DNA of 52,538 nt, from assembly GCA_001938485.1 (NCBI GenBank), contig MQRK01204900.1, positions 1-52,538 on the forward strand, read 5' to 3'. Shown piece by piece: positions 11,406 to 24,109 of this stretch. Numbering within the stretch: position 1 is the first letter of the stretch; every line of letters starts with the position of its first letter. The position numbers were made by a program, and so were the translations under genes. Below the pieces are notes generated by a model. The model was given only the letters and a program-made list of their open reading frames with translations. It ran no database searches and had not been told where the DNA came from. The DNA is from Girardia tigrina (taxonomy: Eukaryota).

Positions 11406-13084
11406 ACGAACAGTCACTATCCCCAGTACCAAGGATAGCTGACATCCAAACCACTTTCAAGGTGCAACCAATAAACCAAAATTTCAGTTTGTTAGTTGAT
11501 ACTGGTTGATAAAACAATTGTTTCAGTGTTACCAGTTAATACAGGTAATATTCTGCACATAAATAACCACAATCAACCACTTTTCGCAGCCAACGGAACA
11601 ACAATTAAAACTTTCGGAACTAAAAACATAGACCTCACCATTAACGAACGAACTTACAACTGGACGTTCGTCATAGCAGACATTACAAATCCGATATTAG
11701 GAGCAGATTTTTTAAGTCACTACAACATCTTAGTAGACTGTAAAAACAAAACTTTACACGACTAAAACTTCATAACATCAACACATTTAATTAAAAATCA
11801 AAGCAATACAATCGGAACAATTTTCACGCACAGAAACCTGAAAACAAACATTTCAAACATCAAGCGAGTAATAAATGATAAAAACAAAAAAACGTACAAT
11901 CCATTTAACAAATCAGACATCAATTTACACAAGTCAAAAACAAACAGAATAAGCCCAACAAACACACTAGACGAAACAAACATAAAATACATTAAAACAA
12001 ACAAAACATAAACAACAAATCAACACATCAAAACAGACACAATCAACTTACAGAAAAGCACAAACACAACCAATTCATACAACAAAACTAATAAAACATA
12101 CAAAACAAGGACATTCCTTAATTCAGGAATGTATATCAAAAGACCAATACTGACACTAAATAAACACATAATTAAACAAAACAATTGCTTACAAATCAAA
12201 AACGAAGGAAAAGAAGAAAAAAAACACAACAATAAAACCAAAAAGCAAAGCAATACTCGCAAAATACCCAGAAATAACACAGAAAATAAACACGATAGAA
12301 ACAAAACTGAAAGTGGAACATGCAATTATCACAAACGGACTACCAACACATCCTAAAACAAGACAACTAATACCAGAAAAGTTCGAGGCAGCAAAGAAAA
12401 TCTTCAACGAATTACTGGAAACAAAAATCATAGCTCCATCGAAATTAAACTGGTCTTCAGCACTTATGATGAAAAAAGAAGCAAATGGTGAATGGAGATG
12501 CTGCGGTGATTATAAACCACTTAACGCTATCACCATTAGTGATTCATACCCACTACCACTCATCAAAGACAAAACCACAAGACTCAACCAGGCCAAAATA
12601 TTCAGCAAAGTAGATCTCGAAAAAGACTATCATCAAATTCTAATGAACAAAGATGATATTAAGAAAACCGCCTTAACAACTCCATTCGGACTATACGAGC
12701 ATAACAGGATGCCTTTCGGATTGAAAAACGCTGCTGCTACATTTCAACGCACAATGAATAATATATTCATGAACACCAGAAACACCGTCATATACCTAGA
12801 TATACTAATATACCGTCATATACTAATAGGAAGCAAGAACGAAAAAGAACACCTACGCGACATTGAAAACGTTTTCTAACTATTAGACAAAAAACTAAAA
12901 ATAAGCACAAAAAATGCGAATTCCTAAAAGAAAAAATATCATTCCTAGGCTACCTAATTAGCAAAAAACAAATAGAACCGATTCCGGAAAAGATATTCAA
13001 CACAACGAAACTTGAAAACCGAAAAACGTAAGAGAGATTAGAAGATTTATAGGGATGATAAACTTTTACCATCAATGCATCGTC

Positions 13085-13240
13085 TCAATATAATGGAGTA
13101 TTAAACTGATCGAGGAGTACTCTCTTGCCTTGAGCGTCCCAGATAAGATCACTAGAAGAGGTGTATATTCGATTTGTGGAAAGTTAATTAGTCAATACCC
13201 GATTGGAAATTGTTTGCGTGTAGCTATATAAAATGGTCGT
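13085..13240 (+). pseudogene. element A RT/RNase H connection remnant
   Basis: DKITRRGVYSICGKLISQYPIGNCLRVA resembles the TRRxLFSxCGKLxGHYPVxxWLRVA motif of this Gypsy group. Confidence 0.75.
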
Positions 13241-13666
13241 GTAATGGATTACAATGGAATGAAGCAAGGAATGAAGAGTCTATTAATTTTATTCGTAAAG
13301 TAATGAATCGTATTAGAAATGGATACCTGATTTTTGGCGTGGATGTAATAATGTTGTTAAATATTCAAAATTAAATTTGTTTAAATACGTGATAAAAAAT
13401 GTGAAAACAGAATTTGATTTTTTTGTGTTGTACTTAAATAAACTTTGTTGTTGTTTAGTGGTGTTCTATTTCTGGTGAAACTACATATGTACTTAGAAAA
13501 TATATTCTAACAATATTAAAATTATACGAGATAGACAAGAAAATAAACACTTTATATTAAGTCGATTTACGACCAATGAAAAAGATGTTATTCTTTATTT
13601 TACATGTTTAACAATAAATTGTGATGAAATACTTTTAATAATTTCACCTTCATTTTATCATTTTAA

Positions 13667-14066
13667 ATGTCCTCGAAAAGGGAAATCCTTCGATTGAAGA
13701 TACAAAGTGTGTTTCAAAATGCTCATTTCCCTCCCACGGAAATTTCAAAATCACACGTAAACCACAAAACTGTAATCAAATGGACAACTTCTCCACCTAG
13801 AGTCGTGTAAGACCGTGCAGGGAGCGGCAGACAATGAAAAATGACGCCATTGATCCAGCACAAAGTGTTAATGCTTATGAAAAAGTCCGTTAGCATTGGA
13901 ATTCGGGCAGCAGTTAAACGGCTCATTTTTTTCCAACAGCCTTCAGCCCCAAAGGAGAACAATCTCCAGATTCACAATTCAGAATTGTGTAAAAACAACT
14001 CCCTGCGGGTTACACTGTTACTTTATTTTGTTAACAATTTCTGGAAAGGAATACATTATGAAATAA
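13667..14066 (+). CDS. possible small multi-exon gene, unknown product
   Basis: MSSKREILRLKIQSVFQ..HKT, a 29-nt GT-AG intron 13772-13800, then SRVRPCRERQTMKND..; GC above flanks; later exons ambiguous. Confidence 0.25.
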
Positions 14067-14572
14067 ACACCCTATATGGTCCTCACCCTTCCTGGACAAC
14101 TGGGTTTCTATCATAAGGAATTTTGTTGTTTATCAAAACCCTTGACAAGAACACGAAAATATGATAACCAATTATTCATATAATTAAACGAATTAGTTAT
14201 TTCTTTTAACATTGAATTTAAATTAAAACTTACATTTCCTGAAGTGCACTTAAATTTTACATTTTGATGTAGTTGATTTTCCATAACAGTTAAATGTCAA
14301 AAAAAGATCAGTCCGTTTTGACAACTGAACCATTTTCTACGAAAAAATAATTTTATCAACAAAATGTGGAGGAAAATGAAAGTATAATGTGTCTATTAAT
14401 AGAGAATTAATAATCTCCTAGGGTTCTGAATAGTCCCTCATAATTCTTGAAAAGGAATCAGATTTGTTGCATTTTCAAAGACGCGATTATTTTAAACTAA
14501 ACTATTTGTAAGCACGATCATTCATAACGACATTTACAATAATTTATTCAAATTAAGTGCTGAAATTAATTC

Positions 14573-14576
<4 letters not shown>

Positions 14577-14620
<44 letters not shown>
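14577..14620. repeat. (TA)n microsatellite
   Basis: Perfect TA run. Confidence 0.95.
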
Positions 14621-14623
<3 letters not shown>

Positions 14624-14844
14624 ACAGAATATTTGTCAAAATTCTGATTGGATTTAAATAACCTAAAACACTAAAAAGATTTATTCATACAATAGTAACA
14701 TTTTAATTTGTTTTATAACATTTTTTTAAAACATTAAAAAGAGCAACTCAAATATTTTAAAAACATAAATTTAGTCTAAAGAAACCCTTTTGAAATACCC
14801 AAAATTTAAATTATAATAAACCATTTAACAGAATTATAGTAATT

Positions 14845-16616
14845 TGTGAGATAGAATGGAAATTTAATTGGCAAATTAATATCATTTGTTTAAATTTGGT
14901 GTTAGAAAGATTCAGATATTATTTAAATATAGCTTTTCTTGAATTTCTCAGATTTTTCAAATTTCAGTTGACACAAGCTATCGCGGCATGAAGTGTGTGA
15001 AATTCCCCGACATGGTCCGAATGTGCGACGGACATGGCCACGTTGGGATCTGGTGCCGAAAATTTGAAGCCGCGGCGTCGGTATGTGAAGTGGACAAAAT
15101 GGCAGCTATACCGATGCTGACGGGAGAGCCTTTGTTTTATGTGCAGGAATAACTTTTAAGGAACAAAAGAACTAAGAGTTAGTAAAGGCCATTCTGTCAG
15201 TGGTTCATGAGTCTAGTCCTCAGGAGGAGTTTGAGGAATTCAGGTTGAGAAACATTCAACCAGAAGAATCGGCGGAGGAATTTATAGCAGCCCTGCAACG
15301 ACTGGTAACGGCAATCTCCATGGGTGGGAGCCCTTTTAACAATTACTGTGGCATGCGTTTCTGGTAGGCCTACCAGCTGAAACATTGAAATTCTTTGCGT
15401 CGGAAATCGCGACGAAAGAGATTACCCTGTGCGACCTGATTCCAGTAGCTCGGTCACTCCTCCATATCAAAACGGGTACGAGTTATCCAATTGAGTCAGC
15501 AACTGGAACAGCGGCGGCCACAGCATCGAACGACAATGGGGTGTCGATCTGAGACGTTGCTTCAAGTTCCTCATCATGTTGGACTGTGGCCCGGGGCGCG
15601 TAATGATTTGACGCCAAATTGCATCGGAAAACGAAGCAGATATATGCTTGGAGATGACAGCGTCTGGAACAAATTCGTTCCACCAAATGAGGTAATTTTA
15701 CATAATTAAAGTTCATTTATGGGATCGGGAGTTCTGGAGCTACTAGAACGAGCCGGTATCAACGTTCACTTTGGATGTATAAACTGTCCGAGCGGTAATG
15801 TGATCGTGAAACGCAGCCATGAGACAATTAAGTGGAGAACTTCAGTTTGTGATGACAGTCGAATTCCTCTATGCTCCGAAGGCGTCTGTTTGTGGCTTTG
15901 AGCAGATGACCAGTGAGAGAGATGGTGGCGTGGTATAATGCAACCCTAAACGCGGATGGCGTCATACCGGCATTGACAATATTGACTCAGAAACGGAGGC
16001 TGCTCATTCCGAAAGCATTCAACCTGATTTATCCCGGTCCGGAACGCGAGATTCCAACAAGGGAATTGAAAATTGGCGATTTTTTTTGTAAAAGTATTTG
16101 TAAAAGAGGCACCTCCGTATTCATATAGTTTGCCATGGAGACGAGCAAAAAATCACAGGTTTACATCTGCCGAATCAAGTGTATGTGTGCGGTAGGCCGT
16201 ATCACATCAGTCATGTGCGACAGACCCCACCTGCAGCCATCTGTGACGGAGAGTTGCTTGCAGCAAGTGATAACAGTATCTGCTGAAGTTCGGAAACAAC
16301 TGAGATCGATGTATAGGAGCTTGAAAAGTTGCAATCGGAGCTTCCAAGGAAAGTCAATTCCCCCCCAGCAAGGTTGGGAGATTACGCCTGCGAGAACTTC
16401 AGTTTGTAATGACAGTCGAATTCCTCTGTGCTCCGAAGCCGTCCGTTTGTGTGCCTTTAGGGTAGGGGGATGTGTGAGATAGAAAGAGGAATTTAATAGG
16501 CAAATTAAATTCATTTGTTTAAATTCAGTGTTTCAAAGATTCAGATATTATTTATATATAGCTTTTCGTGCAGTGCGTCTTTAATTTCTTAGATATTTCT
16601 AATTTCAGTGACTACA
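14845..16616 (+). mobile_element. non-autonomous short-LTR Gypsy element D (gag and integrase remnants, no RT seen)
   Basis: LTRs 14845-14975 and 16473-16616 (TGTGAGATAGAA..ACA); perfect TSD TAATT; PPT AGGGTAGGGGGA; gag MKCVKFPDMVRMCDG..; integrase PSGNVIVKRSHETIK. Confidence 0.9.
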
Positions 16617-17654
16617 TAATTTAAAATGAATAAATATAATCAAAATTTAAGTAACATTTTAATGCTAAAATGTAATTTTTTTACATGTAATAAATAAATA
16701 AAGAAATATAATATAACACATTGCTGACGGGTCACAAGTTAACTGGTGTTTTAAGGCTCAAAATTTGTTGACCGGTCACGAAATAATTCGTGTTTGTATT
16801 TGGATTACATATTTCAATTAACAAGACCTAGGTCAATATAGAATACTGCAAAAGCTTTGTTCATCGTCTTAGACGTGTTTCATTTCAACATAGAATTATG
16901 ACAAAATAGCCGATGACATGAGATAGATTAATCGTAAAATTATCAGTCTACAATGTGTTGAAATTTTAATTTTAAAAATATAAATATATTTAAAAATGAA
17001 GTATAAAAATTGAAAATTTTGTTGAAATAAAAATTTCTTACTAGCATAATAAATAAATAAACGTATTTTAATTAAACGTATTTTATTTTTTCCATAATAA
17101 AGTTTTTGACAATACTAAATGTGAAAAAAACTTCTAAATTATAAATATAAAATTTATTAAAAAGAATTATCTACCTACAAATAAAAAGTAGTTTTATTGG
17201 TTAAAAAATTTGTAAACAAAAACAAACTTGAATCAAAACTGACCCAAAAAATCGCACTAGCTGTATTTTCATACAATTCTGAGCTGTGTTCAAAATTTCA
17301 AAGCTCTAGCTAAAAGGGGAGATACTTTAAAATCAATTACGAAATGCCAACCGAACAAACAACAACTGGGTTAGTATATAAAAACATGATAAAAAATAGA
17401 TACAAATAATTTTTTTACAGTATAATAAGTAAAGATGAATAGTTCAATATTCAAATTTAAACATAATTTACTTTTCACAATGTCAAATAAATACTATTAC
17501 AAAAGGGTTGTGATGTTTGATCCAAAAACTGTCTTTCAGAATGAGTATCCAAATTTCCAATTATAATTGAAAATCCATATTTTACATCAGCTGATTTTCT
17601 GTTTTTAAATCGACTTCCACTGTTCACATACTTTACTCGTCCGACTTGGTTGTA

Positions 17655-19753
17655 CCGGAATTTTCCGTAAATAAGTGCGTGCCCTTGTATTTAGTTTTTA
17701 TGCTTTTAGGTGTTCCCCTTTGTCCCCAAAAATAGGCGCATGTACTTATTTTTGGAAACTGCTATTTTTACCTCGAAATTGCATTTAATATAAAAAATAA
17801 GGAAAAAGAATGTCTTTATTAATAAAAATTTAAATTTATACATTTACTCATCATAGCTATCATGAATGCTTACACAATCATTGTTATCTGACTCTCCTGA
17901 TACAGTTACTTTTGTTTTCTTCAATAAGCTCTCCATCTTCATCAGCAATTACATACTCTTCTGCTTTAATATTGAATTCCTCTTCTTCTGCTGCAAGCAC
18001 CAGACCATGTTCATTTTCAGGGATTTTTTTAAATTTTTGGTTGAGTTTTGTTATTTCTACTTCTTTACCATTCTCTTTGATTCCACAGCATTGAAATGCA
18101 GTTTTGATTGACCATATAAACTATTTTCTGATAGTTGGGGCCTTTTCGTTAACCCTTGTGAATAAATTCTGGTGTTTCTTCTCTTACTCACTTGTCCCAT
18201 TCATCTCTCATTGCTTTTTAAACATGGAAATGATAACAAAATCCAGTGGTTGTGTGAAATATGTCCTCTTTACAGTAATTATCACAGCTTTTGAGGCATC
18301 TTTCGTTGCAAGATATTCCAAAATTTCTTCCTTTTTATGAGTTTCATAGGAATCTAAAAAAAACCACGACGGTTCATTTTTAAAGTAAGGCCCTCATCTG
18401 CAGAAAACTGTATCCATCCAAACTTTGAGTAAAGGGGCGTCCATTGTGCCATTCTTAGTACCTGCAATAACTGCTTTTCCATTTGGAACCTTTACCTGTG
18501 GTGCTTTCTTCAAACCTCGGAAAATTATCATAGAAGATAGCATTTGCCCATCACAAGTGATTGTCAAGTAAACTGTGTAGCAAATTTTTCGATGGCCAGT
18601 ATCTGCTCCTTCAACATTTTTATTGCCCACAAAGTCTAATGTGCAGTTGTGTACCATATCGATATAACAAGGAGTTTCGTCCATGTTAAACAGCTTATCA
18701 ATAGTCTTGCAAGCTGTAGTAACACAAATTTCAAATAGATACTGTTTAACCTGCCCTTGGATTGCATTTTTCCTGCGTTTATCAAATTTTCTATGATGAG
18801 TTATTTTTCTTCATGTAATGTTGTGGCGTTTTGTCCATGCAAATAAGTACGTGTTCCTTACTTTAAACTCTGAGGGTAAGACAACTCCAAATTCTTGGGA
18901 TTTGATGTATTTCCTTAAGGTTGTGTAGGTAACAGAACTGGGGTTTTCTCTTTCTGTCTTGAAAAAGTCAGAGTTTTGTGTTAAGTCTAAGTTTTTTGTT
19001 AATTTCAGGATAAAATGGTTTTCTTCCTGAACCCTTTAATTGTCTGAAATTACGCTCTGAGTCATTTTTAGGAGCTCTCCTTCCTGTTTTTCCTATAAAA
19101 GCAGACAATTTCTTGAAACTCCCGTCTTCTCAAAGATGAATTTCTTTCTTTCGCCTCCTTTTAGCAAGATAAAATTGCCAGCTTCCATGAATAGTATATG
19201 ATTTTCGTTTCTTCTCCTGGTCCTCCACCCTGTCTTGCTCAGTTTCATCAAAAAAACAATTAATTACTAATTGATTACTAAAATAAATACTAAACTAGTT
19301 AATGTATTAGCATCCATTAAAGAAGAAGTCGATTTTTTCAAATTTATTAATAAATAATATATTGATAAAACAAATGTCGATAATGTAATTAATATTTACA
19401 TAACTAAACTTGTTTCAAATTGTTTCAATGTGTGTGAACAAAAATCTAATCTAAAACGGAAATTTAATTCTACTAAATAAATAATATATTAAACTAACGT
19501 AATGCAAGTGTAAAAAATGCTAAAAACAGCTAAAAATCCGTAACAGTTGAATTGATTAAAAAAATAATTGTTGGGGTTTTCATTTTTCCCATAAAATTCG
19601 GGCTGAAGTTAGAAGCCACTACAATTATTTTTTGATCAAATCATATGGAAGCAAAAAACCAGTTTTTTGTCCCCAAAAATAGGAGCATGCGCCTATTTTT
19701 GGCAACAAAAACTTAAGATAAGCGCAGGTGCACTTATTTTCGGGAAATCCCGG
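17655..19753 (-). mobile_element. full-length decayed pogo/Tc2-like DNA transposon
   Basis: TA TSD; TIRs CCGGAATTTTCCGTAAATAAGTGC / rc CCGGGATTTCCCGAAAATAAGTGC; DDE_1-type NMDETP..TGH..YTVYLTITCDG..IIFRG, LDSYETH, QPLD; stops and frameshifts. Confidence 0.92.
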
Positions 19754-19903
19754 TATTTGCTCTCTAATACGGGTTTCCGAAATGACAGTGTCTCTTCAAT
19801 GTACGAATTTAGACATCTGTGACAGAAAAAAATATAAGCAATATTAGTCTAAACAGCCAAATCTGTTTTTTATTTTAATCGAGAAAAAACATTTTACTTT
19901 AAA

Positions 19904-21228
19904 CAGTAGTGGATTTGCATGAGGGGGTGAGGTAGGGCGGTCCGCCCCGGGTTGCACGACGGTTGGGGGCGGCATTTGTGAATGAAAAAAATATAACACA
20001 TTGTTGGATTCTTTATCAATAAAAGAAGTCATGAACGTAAAAACGTTCTTTCTAACAAACAATGATTTTTTAAACAAATTTTTGAGGAACAATGTTTCAT
20101 TTTTAGCACAACCAGATATCCTATTTGAAATATAAATATTGATATATAATTTTATTTAATTTAAATTTTGTACTTTAAGTATAATAAATCATAGCTTTAA
20201 ATATTTTTTAAGGAAATTAAATCACAATCTGTTTTTTTATTTCATCATACTTTTGTATTACTTTTGTACTTTTTTTGTATTATAAATTAATTTTCTTAAA
20301 AATAAACTTCTTTAATCATTCAAACCATTAAAAACATATTAATTTTTTTACAGAAATTAAATTATTTTAAAAACTAATTTTTACATATAGTAAACTCTTT
20401 TTATTATTAGATCTTTTACAAAATATTCATTTTTTATAGAAATTACATTATTTTAAAAATTAATTTTACACACAGAAAACTTCTTTAATAATTCATTTTA
20501 TAAAAAAATCGTTTTAATTAGTAAAACATTATTTTGACTTATCCCAACTACAAATATGATTCTCAATTCAAAAATTTCCAAAAATCTAAAGTTCACCAAA
20601 ACAAACCCCCTAACTTACATAAACTAAAACAAAGAAAAATCTGACCAGAAATGCTGGCCATAACAGAATGTTACAAGGATGCTTAATTTAATGAAAACTG
20701 CCAATGGGCTGGATGATTTGTCTCTTACCAAAGATGCACAAATTCTTTTTAGATGAAGTTGATATTGCTAATGCTACATTTCAAGTCGATACGGAAACAG
20801 CGGAATGCAAAGGAGGCATTGATGCAGAAGTTTGTGAGCGTTAAATCGAAACACAACAATTAATGCCTCTGAAAAGAGACTTTATAACTGCTTTTACTAA
20901 CATTGGTCTTTGGCCTGTTTAAATTAACCATTCAATTTGCTCTATGCTTGTTCGGTAAGGATATACTTCTGTGCAGCACCTTCATTTTGAATTCAAAGAA
21001 GTACCGCGACCAGGAACGAAAACAAAAAGGACACTAGGAAGCTAACCATAAAATGTTTTTTTCGTGATATACGGAACGGTGAGAAAAGTATGAGAATATA
21101 GATGGTGTATTCTCCATCAAAAGAGGCCATGTTCTGCTTTTGCTGCAGATTGTTTTCAATTGGACTGTCTGGTTTTTTTGCTGAAGAAAACTTTAAGAAC
21201 TGGTGAAAATTAAATCCTAAACTTAACA
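19904..21228 (+). mobile_element. hAT (Tip100/ZMYM1-like) 5' fragment
   Basis: Terminus CAGTAGTGGATTTG followed by GC-rich subterminal sequence; TTF-type zinc finger remnant RNGEK..VYSPSKEAMFCFCCRLF..FKNW near 21070-21220. Confidence 0.7.
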
Positions 21229-21242
21229 CATCGTATTCCTAG

Positions 21243-21290
21243 ACTGTTCCGCCCGATCCTCAGATCGCCCCGAGAATCGGACGGAGATAG
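21243..21290 (+). CDS. candidate terminal exon TVPPDPQIAPRIGRR* (PRXamide-like peptide precursor end), copy 1
   Basis: Preceded by TATTCCTAG acceptor; 41/47 identical to the inverted copy at 30224-30270; similarity stops right after the TAG. Confidence 0.4.
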   Translation, partial: TVPPDPQIAPRIGRR

Positions 21291-22439
21291 CAGGGTTGTA
21301 CAGGGAAATTCTGTGGATGAATTGCTGGGCCAATTTATTGAGAAGTGAATGAAAAATAACACCGGAGCTGTTTTCGTTTATCGAATTCGATTTGTCGTTA
21401 AAACTTTCGAATCTTTCACAGAATATTTTAACCATTTCAGTATCGATTTTGGAATTGATTGATTCACATTTCTCAATTACATTTTCCTATTCCATAACAC
21501 AACATTTTCATTTTGTTTTCATAATCATTTAAATATTATTTTTTAGATTCGGTAACATAACGTTTAAAAAATAATTGAAATCGCAATTTGTAAAATACAA
21601 TTAGTAAAATTAAAGATAAAATTAAAATAGCAATTAGTAAAATATGTTTCATAAAATTGCGATTCACTTTATTAATAAATCTATTTATTGATTTTATGTT
21701 CACATTAAAAATTAATTTTATATGAATTACTTTTTTTGCGCTATTTTATAAAAATCTCATTTTAACCTAATCTGTAAATAGAAATATAAAATATTGAATT
21801 ATGAAATTGATTAGATTTCAAATTAGAAAATTTTATGAACTCAAAAAAAACTACTAACAGCAATTAAGCTGTTAGAATTGATGGGCACTCCATCATCAAG
21901 AACACGAGAATCCACATCAAAATATATTTACCACAACTTGAAAATTTCTTACAGAGAAAAATTCCACCCTTTCAAAATAATGTCACTAAAAAAATAATTC
22001 GAATAAACAACACCCACTTTTATCATTACTAAATTTTAATTAACTTTTATAATCAATTAATTATAAATTTTAATTTGAGGAACAATCTTTTTCTAAAACT
22101 TGTTAATGTCAAACCGGAAAATTCTCATTTTAATTTATTCTTAATTTATATAATTTAATTTCTCATGATAAATTTTAATTTAACTAATTTAATTACTAAC
22201 TAATTCTAATTTTAATTTGTTTTTCATTTACTTATAAATTTAAATTTAACTAATTATTTTATTCTTCATCTAATTATTAAATTTAACTTTCTATCTTATT
22301 AAAATTTTAATTTACTTAATTTATTCTTATTTCTTTTTTCTTCTATTCTCGTCAATGTTTTACAAATAATCTCATCTTGCATTTCCACTCTAACTCACAA
22401 ATTTTCTTCTGATGACTTACTATCTCTAACATAAACCAT

Positions 22440-23460
22440 GTTTAATTTTTAGAAAACCTTCAAAATATGGCACTTTGACAATTGGTTCGATACTCTCCTC
22501 CACTTCATTCTTGATTTTATTATTTGTACTTTATCTAATGTCTGCCTCAAATGTTTATCAAAAACACAATCAAAGTACACATTCTTAATTAGCCGCTTCT
22601 TCAAAATATTCAAACCTTTGTGAGCTAGTTTAAAGATCGAAGATAAAGATCAGACTCCGTGTATCAACTCTTTGACAAGACTAGTTTTGTATTTTTCCTT
22701 ACAAAAACACTTTGGCAGAGTACACAATCCTGTGTCAGTTCTCTTTCTGTGGATTTCAGTCTCGTAATTACCATTCATCTTTTTAATAAAAACATCAAGA
22801 AGAGCGAGTCTGTTAGTAAGCTCAGTCTTAATTATGAACTTTCTTATGGGATACCTTTCATTCATGAAACTCAATAACGGTTCTATATCAAATTCTTCTT
22901 CAAATTTCAAGAAAATATGATCCACATATCTCTCATATAAAAACATCATATATAACTGTTACCAGGATGCATTTATTAATACTCATAATTCCTTTTTATA
23001 ATTACGAACATACTATTTCCCTGATGTTGGTGAATGGTTTCATCTGTACCAAGTTAAGTTCATCTAGCCTTTCAACATGTCCAGAGGACAAAACCAGATA
23101 TTTCTCCGAGTTCCTCGTCAAAGTTAATCATAATTATAGATCTGATCTTGAAAAGCATATAACGCTATTATTTTTAATTGAATTTTTTGATTATGTATTT
23201 TTTTATACTTCAAACACTCTGGTTCTTTTAGAATATATAATATTTTCATTTGTATTCTTCAAAATGCCAATTATGAACTTATTGTTAAATATATTCAGTC
23301 ATGGAACATAAATAAATAAATTAATGATGATTACAAAAAAAGAATAAAAAATAAATCAGACTTGAAACGAAAACTGTTGGAGGTCAGACGATCAGACTGG
23401 TCTTTTCCCGAAGTTGTTAAACATGTTTAATGGAGCATCGCCTCCTCTTCATCGGGAATA
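22440..23460 (-). mobile_element. Penelope-like retroelement, decayed RT
   Basis: YERYVDHIF..FMNERYP..F..E...LALLDVFI..YETEIHRKRTDTG..KYKTSLV is the PLE RT C-terminal signature; degenerate hammerhead-like motif at the 5' end. Confidence 0.8.
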
Positions 23461-24109
23461 GAAATCATTATGCACAATTAGGTGACGAGAGATTCGGGAT
23501 TTTACACTGATTATATTTGTCCAGGGTCCCAAAGATTTTAATGATAAATTATTATAAAGGTTTTGTAAATTATTTAAAATTACACTACACGATTAAATAT
23601 ATTGAATAAATAAAATTGCTTAAATATTAAAAGATGATCATTTAACGTCGTAAGATGGGAAATTTTAAGTTCAAAATATATAAAATTAGGACACCATTTA
23701 TAAAATTTAATTTAATTTAATAATTGACCTTTGAGACGTAAATTACACTTTGGTAATATAAGTGTACCTTTGTAATTGTTTAAAACTAAACTTTAGTTAC
23801 GGACTCTTAACACATTGACCTCTACATAAGAAAAGATACATGATTATCCTACTTTTCCTGGTCAGATATCAAAAACTTGGGGCATTGATTTTGATGAAAC
23901 AAACAAAAATAAAAAGTACATTTATATTTAACCATACTCTGCGCTATTTTTTCACTTGATAGTGAAAATTTGCCTTTTTAAAATATATAGCGGTCTTGAA
24001 GTCTGTGGGCTGTCATATTTGAAAAAATATCAGTTTCTTGCTTAAACAGAATTGTTAACTACTATCGTGTGCAAGTAAAAAATACATTTATAGCCCAGCT
24101 ATATCGATG

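Larger units (their letters stand above)
9664..13080 (+). mobile_element. Ty3/Gypsy element C (CsRn1/Kabuki/Boudicca-like CHCC gag), 3'-truncated, nested in A
   Basis: 5' LTR 9664-10344 (TGTAG..TTACA) with a ~70-bp tandem repeat at ~9980-10135; PBS TGGTGTCAGAAGTG; gag LGDRTPSEL..FLRALP; protease LVDTG..ILGADFL; RT WRCCGDY..SKVDL..RMPFGLKNAAATFQR. Confidence 0.88.
4615..13485 (+). mobile_element. Ty3/Gypsy LTR retrotransposon A with ~140-bp LTRs, interrupted by two nested insertions
   Basis: LTRs 4615-4752 and 13344-13485 (TGTAAT..CTACA, highly similar); flanks CATGT/TATGT (5-bp TSD, 1 mismatch); degenerate purine tract before 3' LTR; gag, PR and RT pieces inside. Confidence 0.9.

Noticed and set aside
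11798-12431. Hydrophobic minus-strand ORFs
   Set aside because: Antisense shadows of the A/C-rich spacer.
17230-17400. Helitron/DINE- or Kolobok-like end (AAATTTCAAAGCTCTAGC)
   Set aside because: Only a short motif; termini not definable.
21303-21445. RNase P RNA CR-I-like GGGAAATTCTGTG
   Set aside because: No convincing CR-V partner or P1 helix; the motif lies in the non-conserved part of the duplicated segment.
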